This document shows positions 8,875 to 16,446 of a DNA stretch of 18,923 bases, one piece after another. Made by a program: the position numbers and the translations under genes. Each line of letters opens with the position of its first letter. The stretch's first letter is position 1. The notes under the pieces were generated by a model that was given only the letters and a program-made list of their open reading frames with translations, was not told where the DNA came from and made no database searches. The stretch comes from a bacterium (GTDB lineage Bacteria; Zhuqueibacterota; Zhuqueibacteria; Oceanimicrobiales; Oceanimicrobiaceae), in NCBI GenBank assembly GCA_046757165.1, contig JBHHXT010000090.1, positions 1-18,923 on the forward strand, in the 5' to 3' direction.

Positions 8875-8930
8875 CAGACAAGAACTCGTCAGGTATTACT
8901 TAACCCGGACGAACCCCGCAAGAAACGTAT

Positions 8931-10544
8931 CTAGTCCGCCTCGATTTGATAGTGCTGCATGATCTCCCACAAGATCAAAGCGTTGTAAGATCCATCGATA
9001 TTGGGCAGCCCGGGCGGTCTGCACGTCCCCAGAACGCGCTTGGCTGCGGAGAGAATGTGCCGGAGGTCTGCAAGGGAATATCGTCCCCATTTTGGATTTG
9101 CGAGGAACTCGAATGCGCGCCGCGCGCGACGGGCGAGACGGACCCTGCCCATTTGCGTGACCGGAACGCTGCTGAACGCCGCCCCGGCCGGCGTGACAAG
9201 CGAGTGGCAAAACTCGCTGTAAAATTGCTGCTTCCGGCGGTAGCGAAAGGGGGCAGTTTCAAAGAAGCGCATCACCCGTTTGTCCCACAGGGGCAGAAAG
9301 AGCTCCAGGTCCAGCCACTGGTAGAGCTTTTTCGAATTGACGATGAACTTTGATTGCCGCTCCCGCCACTCCCACCACTCGAATAGATTGGCTTCATTGC
9401 GGTCGCTTGCAGGGGCCTTTCTGAGCTCGGCTTCAATTTTCTCTTGCAGCTCCTGATAAGCGCGTGCGCTCAGGTGGTCTTTGGGCCAGCGGCTGTGATG
9501 TTTTGTCAAGATGGCTTCGATGGTGACATCAACATCGTTGTGCAAGGAAAGGGTCTCCTGAATGTGTGCGCCGCTGACGTAGTCTCCGGAGTTGCCGGTG
9601 ACAAAGATGGTGGGCCGGTCCAATTCGCCCGTTGCCTGTAGAGCCTTGATCGCTGGATAATCCTGCAGAAAAGGCAGTCTCGAGAAGAAGTGTCTTTTTT
9701 GAGAATACGCTTTGCGGTCAGCAGATTGAAAGGCTTTGCGGACCGTGCGATAGGTGAGTGGGATGAGCTTCCACTCGAAGGAGCTGAGGGAGGCAAACCG
9801 TTTCGCCCACACCACGTCGCGCTGAAAAGACCGGCCGTATGAGCACAAGAGAACATCCGGGGCTTTGAGCGTGTCCAGCGCCCACAACACTAGGCGTGAA
9901 TCCAGGCCGCCGCTGAGCATCAAGACAATTCGGTGGTCACGATACGGTTCGAGAAACTCCTCCACGGTCGCAAGGATCAGATCACGGAATTCTTTCGTCG
10001 CGGTTTCAACAGAAAAGTGAGCCGGTTCGCGATGCCAAAACTCATAATAAGCTTCCTGCCCGATCGCCTTGCCGTCGCTGACCAGCAGTCGACCGGCTTC
10101 GACCTGAAACAGGTTGCGCAGCAACGTGTCTGCGCCCGAGACCCAGTTCGACAGCATGAACTCCCGCAACTGCAATTTTCGCAATCGAGGTTCGACAAAA
10201 GACAAAAGCCGGTCCGGTTCGTTTGTCAGAACGAGCGTGCGCCCACTGATGGCGTAAAAAAGGGGTTCGCTCTGAATGTGGTCAACGGCTGCCAAACATT
10301 TGCCTGCCACCGCGATGATCGCAGCAAATTCGTGGTTGTTGTCGCGACAAACAGCTCGCACTCCGGTCTCGAGGGCCTCGAAGTCAGCCGCGTTTTGTAT
10401 CGCAGACCGGAGCTTGCTGGTAAAGGTGGAATAACGCCACGGGTCGAAGAGCCAGCAACACCCTTGCCGGCCAGCCGGCCCCTCGAACTCGAAACGTCGC
10501 CAGCCGTTTTTGTGATTCGGCTCTATGCGGACATCTATTTTCAT
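8931..10544 (-). CDS. Asparagine synthase-like amide ligase/amidotransferase, probably glycan-modifying
   Basis: PP-loop MLSGGLDSR, VTGNSGDYVSG, WEWRERQSKFIVNS and LPLWD motifs, with a degenerate N-terminal GATase-like region (AVDHIQSEPLFY). The alternative start at 10595 lies inside a repeat element. Confidence 0.82.
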   Translation of the reverse strand: MKIDVRIEPNHKNGWRRFEFEGPAGRQGCCWLFDPWRYSTFTSKLRSAIQNAADFEALETGVRAVCRDNNHEFAAIIAVAGKCLAAVDHIQSEPLFYAISGRTLVLTNEPDRLLSFVEPRLRKLQLREFMLSNWVSGADTLLRNLFQVEAGRLLVSDGKAIGQEAYYEFWHREPAHFSVETATKEFRDLILATVEEFLEPYRDHRIVLMLSGGLDSRLVLWALDTLKAPDVLLCSYGRSFQRDVVWAKRFASLSSFEWKLIPLTYRTVRKAFQSADRKAYSQKRHFFSRLPFLQDYPAIKALQATGELDRPTIFVTGNSGDYVSGAHIQETLSLHNDVDVTIEAILTKHHSRWPKDHLSARAYQELQEKIEAELRKAPASDRNEANLFEWWEWRERQSKFIVNSKKLYQWLDLELFLPLWDKRVMRFFETAPFRYRRKQQFYSEFCHSLVTPAGAAFSSVPVTQMGRVRLARRARRAFEFLANPKWGRYSLADLRHILSAAKRVLGTCRPPGLPNIDGSYNALILWEIMQHYQIEAD

Positions 10545-10560
10545 GGTCGTGTGTCTGCTA

Positions 10561-10677
10561 CTGAGAAAACCGTCATTTTGAGCTTCGCTCGTCATTTGCT
10601 GTCATTTGCCCTGCGGGCGTCATTGAGCAAGCAAGGACCAAATGACGGCGCGAAGCGCTAAATGACTTTTTTCGCAG
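10561..10677. repeat. Imperfect inverted-repeat element built from GTCATT modules
   Basis: The arm at 10561-10598 aligns with the reverse complement of 10639-10677. GTCATT occurs 4 times and AATGAC twice, interspersed with three 4-bp GC hairpins. Confidence 0.65.
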
Positions 10678-10695
10678 CGAAGTCTGAGAATAAGA

Positions 10696-11721
10696 TTAGA
10701 ACCCGACCGTCGTCAACGGCTGCTCCAACGACTCACGTCTTCGCAAGGACTGCAAATGTCTGTAAACTCGATTCTCAACGAGCTGGACCATCGCCGGAAT
10801 CCGTGCCCTGCTCTGATCCGCTTCGCTTGCTGCTGGATAACCCAGATGTTTGAGGACGGCCTGCGTGGTTTTCAGGCTGGTCTGGAGTTTCTCTTGTGCA
10901 TGCTCCGTCAGCTTTGTGCCATGAAAGATGCCAGCGCCCACGGTCGAAAGATCTTTCTTGTACCGTCTGACGGAGCGCGCGCTGATGGGGTCGCTAACCG
11001 GCGTCAGGTTCCACGACCTGGCGGCGGCGCCCTCGGTCTTGCGGACGGTTTGTTTGGGACGGAGCATGGCCGCGTCATACGGGATTTTCAAGAAGGCGCA
11101 GAGAGCTTGCAGGGTTTGCTCCGGATCGCTCGCCAGGCTTTCGTAGGAGAGCGCGTAGTAGGCGGTGTGGGATTCCAATCTCAACGCAGCCGCGGTGTTG
11201 TAGAGCCACATGCTGGCAGCTTGAAACCAGGAAAACCCTCGCTGGCGCAGGGAGCAGACCACATCCCGGCCGTCGCGGTAGATATGAATGAAACGGGCTC
11301 GCGGGTAGAGTTCCCGCAGCTGCGGAAAGCAGTAGGCGTTGCTCGGGGTCTTCTCGGCAAAAATTGTTTTCTGCCTTTCTCTCAGGACCGCCTCGATAAA
11401 ATAGTCGCAAAACTCCCGCAGGTTGCGGGCAGCGTGTAGCCAGTCGAGCAAGCGCTCTTTTGTCATGCCATAGTCCGTCAAGTGCGTGCAGAACGGATAG
11501 TAGCGAAAATAGCCGTCTGTCCGAATCCCCTTGGTCAGCCAACTCGAGAACCGGGCTTGAACCTGAGCAAAGTCTTCATAGATGGCGGACTTGTTGAACA
11601 TGGAGAGCTCGGGGCCGCACGCAATGAGCGGGTGCTTGTCCAACAGTACGCTCAGCAGGGTGCTGCCGCTGCTGCCGGAGCCGCCGATGAAAATTGGGGC
11701 CGCTTCGCTGCCGGTGGTCAT
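10696..11721 (-). CDS. PAPS-dependent sulfotransferase
   Basis: 5'-PSB loop IFIGGSGSSGSTLL, EKTPSN, 3'-PB IHIYRDGRDVVCS and YESLASDPE motifs. Confidence 0.9.
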   Translation of the reverse strand: MTTGSEAAPIFIGGSGSSGSTLLSVLLDKHPLIACGPELSMFNKSAIYEDFAQVQARFSSWLTKGIRTDGYFRYYPFCTHLTDYGMTKERLLDWLHAARNLREFCDYFIEAVLRERQKTIFAEKTPSNAYCFPQLRELYPRARFIHIYRDGRDVVCSLRQRGFSWFQAASMWLYNTAAALRLESHTAYYALSYESLASDPEQTLQALCAFLKIPYDAAMLRPKQTVRKTEGAAARSWNLTPVSDPISARSVRRYKKDLSTVGAGIFHGTKLTEHAQEKLQTSLKTTQAVLKHLGYPAASEADQSRARIPAMVQLVENRVYRHLQSLRRRESLEQPLTTVGF

Positions 11722-11770
11722 GATTCAGCCCTTCGTGGTTTCCTCATGGTTTTGTCAACAGTCTCGCTCC

Positions 11771-11896
11771 GCCTGGCGATGAATCGCCAGGCTCAGATCG
11801 GAAAGCATCATCAACGATGCTGAATCAATTCCAGCGCCGCGTCCCACAGGGCGCTTCAGCGTCCTCCAGGACTGAGCCGCGGAATTCATTCCGCGG
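11771..11896. repeat. Composite multi-hairpin inverted-repeat element (REP/IS200-IS605-end-like)
   Basis: Left arm GCCTGGCGAT-GA-ATCGCCAGGC-TCAG...AGCATC-N6-GATGCT-GAA. Right arm TTCAGC-GTCCT-CC-AGGAC-TGAG-CCGCGGAAT-TC-ATTCCGCGG. The arms are inverted relatives. Confidence 0.7.
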
Positions 11897-11913
11897 TTTT
11901 TGACTACCCTCCC

Positions 11914-12849
11914 TCACCGCAGACAATCGATAAGACGGAGCACCTTCGATCCTAATCTGTGCACCTCGAAGAACGGCACCTGCACCGCCCCAAAGCCGCG
12001 AAAAAAACGCTCGATACTGCGCAACATCGAGCCCTCGAAATTAAACTCCTTGACTTTGGTGCTGGCAAACTGAATCGCTTCCCACATGAGCAGGGAATGT
12101 GCGCCGCTGGTCCGCAGCTCCGGGTCGCTGCCCCCGATCAGATAGTATGCTGTTCTATCATCCCAGACCAGCAGCAGGCCGCTGTGGGTTTTGCCGCTGT
12201 CGTCCTTTGCGAAAAAGAGCTTGCCCTGGTCGCGCTGGCTGCACGCTGCGTGGATGGCGCGAATGACGGCCGGCTCAATGGCATGCTTCTGCCCTTGCCG
12301 GTTGAACGTCTTTTGTTGCAAATCGATCAGCAGCTCGACATCGCTATCGTGGGTTACAGTCACACGGTTGCGCGCCTTTCGAATCTCTCGCCGAATATTT
12401 GAGCGCATCTCCTGCCAGATGGTATCCGGTTGCGAGATATCCGGCAAAAGATAGGTGTATCTCGTGGTCTGCTGAAAGCCGTGCCAGTGAAACGGCAGCC
12501 AGTTGCTTACCGTCGGGTGCAACCGGAAGCTGGTGTAGTGGCATTTCGGCAGCTTCTGGATCAGCTCTTCAAAAAGCCGATGTTCAGCCGCAAGCCTGGT
12601 GGCGTACTTCCCGGACATGGGGGCAAGCAGGATACCCAGCGTTTGCGTGTAGGGCGGCATGGTGCACAGGCGGAATCCGAATCGTTTGGTCTCGACGATG
12701 GGCATCACAGCTTCGATCGATTCGCCTTTTTGGGCCGTGAGGTAGCGATAGCGGTTGCCGGCGACGGCTTCCAACCACCAGGGGGTGCAGAAAATCGACC
12801 GCTGGGGTGAGGCGTCGATGAACCTGACGATGTGCTCATTCACTGCCAT
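11914..12849 (-). CDS. GNAT-fold acyltransferase (FemAB/CelD-BcsL-like)
   Basis: IFCTPWWLEAV, MPPYTQTLG, NWLPFHWHGFQQTTRYTY, NIRREIRKA, YYLIGG, LLMWEAI and FNFEGSM..IERFFRGFG motifs. Confidence 0.85.
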   Translation of the reverse strand: MAVNEHIVRFIDASPQRSIFCTPWWLEAVAGNRYRYLTAQKGESIEAVMPIVETKRFGFRLCTMPPYTQTLGILLAPMSGKYATRLAAEHRLFEELIQKLPKCHYTSFRLHPTVSNWLPFHWHGFQQTTRYTYLLPDISQPDTIWQEMRSNIRREIRKARNRVTVTHDSDVELLIDLQQKTFNRQGQKHAIEPAVIRAIHAACSQRDQGKLFFAKDDSGKTHSGLLLVWDDRTAYYLIGGSDPELRTSGAHSLLMWEAIQFASTKVKEFNFEGSMLRSIERFFRGFGAVQVPFFEVHRLGSKVLRLIDCLR

Positions 12850-13781
12850 AACTGTTCAACCAGCTCTTTGATTCGCTGAAATTCCGTGTCCTCGATGCTC
12901 TGCCGGTTGCTCGACCGGATGTGTGGCACCCCCACCGGCCGTTTGACAACAGGCAGGCGCTGGTTCTCGAGGCGGCTTTCAATCCCGGCCAGCACGGCGC
13001 TGGTCTCCTCGCACAACTGTTCGTACATGACTTTGATATAGCGCTCTGCCGGCAGCACGCCACAGTCTTCTTCTATCTGCCGGGTGACATAGTAGAGTTG
13101 AGACACACATTGTTCGAGCATCGGTTTAGAGCGCAGCTCTTCGATCTCCCTGGGCTGCACTGACCACCAGCCATGGTTGTGCGCTCTCTCCTTTCTGACC
13201 TGGTAGATGGACTGGGCCGTGTAGAGGGGGTTGCGCTCACAAACGATGAAAAGCGCCTGTGGAAAGATATCCTGCAAAGCCTTGATCCGCACGGAGTGGA
13301 TGACGTTCTTGAACAGGAGGGTTCTGTTGAAAAAATGCGCCAGCGCGTCGACGGTGTTCTGAAGGGCTTGCTTCCGGGCGAGGCTGAGCGTGCCGGCATC
13401 GGCGTAGTGCGGTGTTTTCGGAAACCAGCGGTACCAGAAATCACCGAACTCATGCGGACCGGCCAGGCCCGGTGTCACGCCGTGACGCGAAGTGAACGCC
13501 ACTGCGCGCCGGTCGATTTGCAGAACGCGTGAGAGCCGCACGGCCAGGTTGGGACAGCGGTAAAAGTTGCCCACGAAGTTGTTGATGTAGGCGAAGTCAT
13601 AACAATGGACCAGCAACTGGTACAGGATGGTCGTGCCAGAGCGCGGCGGCCCGATGATGAAAACCAGGGGCGTCGCACTCGAGTCGCGGCTTTGCCGGGC
13701 AAGAATGAATGTTTCCGCCGGGGTCAGAAGCCAGTTGAGTATCTTGAACAGGTTGTATCGCAGGTGGACAGTCCAGTGCAT
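12840..13781 (-). CDS. PAPS-dependent sulfotransferase
   Basis: FIIGPPRSGTTILYQ, GPHEFG.FW, LFKN, ERNPLYTAQS and VMYEQLC motifs. Its ATG directly abuts the YfhO stop codon. Confidence 0.9.
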   Translation of the reverse strand: MHWTVHLRYNLFKILNWLLTPAETFILARQSRDSSATPLVFIIGPPRSGTTILYQLLVHCYDFAYINNFVGNFYRCPNLAVRLSRVLQIDRRAVAFTSRHGVTPGLAGPHEFGDFWYRWFPKTPHYADAGTLSLARKQALQNTVDALAHFFNRTLLFKNVIHSVRIKALQDIFPQALFIVCERNPLYTAQSIYQVRKERAHNHGWWSVQPREIEELRSKPMLEQCVSQLYYVTRQIEEDCGVLPAERYIKVMYEQLCEETSAVLAGIESRLENQRLPVVKRPVGVPHIRSSNRQSIEDTEFQRIKELVEQLWQ

Positions 13782-16286
13782 CTAAGCCGTCGCGCTCTGT
13801 TTTTTCTTGAACACGCGTCTGGTAACCGGCCAGGCTCCCAGGCCGAAGAGCAGGTACATGATGCTGACAGAAATGCCCTTTATCCACAAGCTGGCCTGGT
13901 AGCTTTCCGGCCGCAATCTGAACACGATCTCATGTGAGCCCGCCGGCACCACGATCGACCTCAGAATGTGATCGGTCTTGAATATCTCGGTTTCCTTGCC
14001 GTCGACGTATGCGTGCCAGCCCGCCGGGTAATAGACTTCGCTCAAAACCAAAAGCGTTTGCTGGTCGGAGTTTACTCTGGCGGAAATGACATTAGGCTGG
14101 TAGCGTGTGATTCTGGCTTCCCAGTTCGTGGGCGTTTCTACGGCCAGCGGCAGGCTCTTTTCCAGGATTGCGGTCTCTGCGGGGTCGAACGAGGGATCGT
14201 TGAGACGGGCGAAGCGCTCCCGTCTGTCCGGGATGAGCTCCGTTTTCCCGACGCAGAAAAGACGCGGCAAATGGTCAGTATATTGATACACGGTAATCCG
14301 GTTTTGCGTATCCGTAAAGGCGGGCGTCAGGTTTTGGTGGTTTAGCGGCCCGTTGGACAACAGGTACTTCACGTTGAGCATCTTGATGATATTCCAGTTG
14401 ATGGGCAGATTCGGCGTGTTCCCGAAGCCGCTCGTTTTGCCCTGGTAAAGGCAGAATTCGTTGATGTCCTGAAAGATGCGCAGTTTGGCCGGGTGGTACC
14501 CGCCGATAGATTCATGGCGGTAACACCAGCGGTTGTCCCCGTCAAGTCTGCCCAACGGCAGGATTCTGTAAGTCGAGCTATCTTTGCTCAGGAAGAGATC
14601 GGTTTCGGTCGCGGCGAAATACTGCTCCAGGCGGTCGGTCCGCACCAGATTTTGCATGAAACGGTTGTCGATCGAGAAAAGGTCAGTGACCAGCAGGGCG
14701 ATGATACCGATGGCGAACACAGTGCGTGGCAGCCAGGCTTTCGAATAGCTCGTGATGAGTGCTAAGACCCCACCGGCAAACACGAGCATGCGCAACGCAT
14801 CTTGCTTCATCATGTCGTAGCGCGCTTCCCTGATCAGGCTGAACACCTGCGGCTGAAACCGCCGGGCGTCATCCGGCCGTGCGAGGGCAAAGCTGCTCTT
14901 GAACAGGAACGGCACCAGGCCAATGAGAAGAAAGGCCCCAAAAATGACCAGACTCACCCGCCTCAGTTTGTCCATCGAGACCTCAGGTGAGTCGGTGAGC
15001 ACCTGTGCCAGTCCCAGCCCCGCCAGCAGCACAAACCCCCAGTGGATGAGCACCAGGATCATCGAGGGCACACGGAATTTGTTGAAGAACGGCACGTGGT
15101 CGAAAAAGAATTGGTAGAGCAGCGGAAAATGCTTGCCAAACGAGAGCAACAGTGAAAAAACCACCAGGATTGCCAGGGTCAGCACCCGGCTGTCTCGCCA
15201 GCGCAAAGCCAGCGCCAGGGCCACGAGAAACAGGGTCACAACGCCGAAATAGTGCGTGCTGGAGGTAAACGGCATCGGTCCCCAATACCCGGGAATTTTC
15301 CGGCCCCGGAGCTGGGGGACCGCTTTGCTCTCATACGTTTCGGCCGAGCTGCCGCCGTAGAAGCGCGGCATCACCCACGTGGCTATCTCGCCCGGGTAGA
15401 AGGACCAGTCCGTCGCGTATTTGAAACTGAGGCCTTGAGAGCCGGGCTCTCCCGTGCCGCCACGGATGGAGTATTTCGAGTATTCTTTGACCAGCAGGGT
15501 CGGAAAGGCTGCACTGCCAGCCGCGAGTGCCACGGCTAAGAACGCAAGGCCAATCCGGACACCGATTGCCTTCCACAGTTTCTGCCTGAGCAGCGGAATC
15601 GTCTGCATCACACCAAACGCGAGCAGGACCAGCAGGGCATAAAACAAGATTTGATAATGATTGGCCAGGATGCCGAGGCTAAAACTGATGGCAAACAAGG
15701 TCATGGTGAGCAGCCCCGGTTCTTTCATCAGGCGCAGGAAGGTCAACAGGATGAAGGGCACCAGCATAATGGCTCGCAGCTTGGTGTTGTGTCCGGCTTC
15801 CATGAGCCCAATCAAGTAGGGCCACCAAATGAAGGCCAGAGAGGCCAGCAGACTCGGCAGGTTGGAGACGCCCCAAAACCGCATCAGGAGAAAGATGCCG
15901 ATGGCCCCGAGCACATAGTGAACAATGCGCCAGTTGACGAGTTTTCCTGCTATCGTCAGCATGAATCTGGCCGGCTGTTGAAACGGGGGACGCAGAGAAA
16001 TCATGGTGCTGGGCATGCCCGCGAACACGTTGGTGGCCCAGAGTGGTGTCTCGCCATATTTTTCTCGCGCTTCTTTTATCGACTGGGTCGCCCCTTTCCA
16101 GGCGATGGAATCCGAAGCCCGCGGTTCTTTGCCCTCGAAGGCGATAGGGGCGAAGTAGCCGAAAACCAGGATGATGATAACCGCGATGCAGGCTGCTACC
16201 TGCTGCCGGTCGTTGAGCTGCCAGCCAGAAGTTTGTTGCCTCGCTGGTTGTTTCCGGGCAAGATGGTGCTTTTTTTTCTTTGCCAT
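13782..16286 (-). CDS. YfhO-family polytopic membrane protein (predicted GT-C glycosyltransferase)
   Basis: 834 aa with PLWATNVFAGMP, AGHNTK, NHYQI.FY, YSKYSIRG, YWGPMPFTS, PFFNKFRVP, SIGGYHPAKL, MLNVKY, LSEVYYPAGW and GSHEIVF motifs and many TM helices. Confidence 0.88.
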   Translation of the reverse strand: MAKKKKHHLARKQPARQQTSGWQLNDRQQVAACIAVIIILVFGYFAPIAFEGKEPRASDSIAWKGATQSIKEAREKYGETPLWATNVFAGMPSTMISLRPPFQQPARFMLTIAGKLVNWRIVHYVLGAIGIFLLMRFWGVSNLPSLLASLAFIWWPYLIGLMEAGHNTKLRAIMLVPFILLTFLRLMKEPGLLTMTLFAISFSLGILANHYQILFYALLVLLAFGVMQTIPLLRQKLWKAIGVRIGLAFLAVALAAGSAAFPTLLVKEYSKYSIRGGTGEPGSQGLSFKYATDWSFYPGEIATWVMPRFYGGSSAETYESKAVPQLRGRKIPGYWGPMPFTSSTHYFGVVTLFLVALALALRWRDSRVLTLAILVVFSLLLSFGKHFPLLYQFFFDHVPFFNKFRVPSMILVLIHWGFVLLAGLGLAQVLTDSPEVSMDKLRRVSLVIFGAFLLIGLVPFLFKSSFALARPDDARRFQPQVFSLIREARYDMMKQDALRMLVFAGGVLALITSYSKAWLPRTVFAIGIIALLVTDLFSIDNRFMQNLVRTDRLEQYFAATETDLFLSKDSSTYRILPLGRLDGDNRWCYRHESIGGYHPAKLRIFQDINEFCLYQGKTSGFGNTPNLPINWNIIKMLNVKYLLSNGPLNHQNLTPAFTDTQNRITVYQYTDHLPRLFCVGKTELIPDRRERFARLNDPSFDPAETAILEKSLPLAVETPTNWEARITRYQPNVISARVNSDQQTLLVLSEVYYPAGWHAYVDGKETEIFKTDHILRSIVVPAGSHEIVFRLRPESYQASLWIKGISVSIMYLLFGLGAWPVTRRVFKKKQSATA

Positions 16287-16363
16287 TCTCCACTCGCTCG
16301 AGAGATGATGATGTCTGTTCTTGACAAAAACGACAAAAGAAGAGAGAAGTCAAGATAGCGAAG

Positions 16364-16391
16364 AATATAATAATTAATTGATAAAGTGCAA
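16364..16391 (-). promoter_or_regulatory. Putative sigma70 promoter of the yfhO-like operon, within an AT-rich divergent region
   Basis: Minus strand TTGCAC (16391-16386), 16-nt spacer, TATATT (16369-16364). Confidence 0.4.
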
Positions 16392-16446
16392 GCCTAAGCA
16401 ATTAATAATTCTTGAATTTGTTTGATAAAAAAGTAAATTGGTGTTT

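Noticed and set aside
171..11896. CRISPR array or integron attC interpretation of the palindromes
   Set aside because: There are no regularly spaced identical direct repeats with spacers and no cas or intI gene. I could not identify consistent RYYYAAC...GTTRRRY attC boxes.
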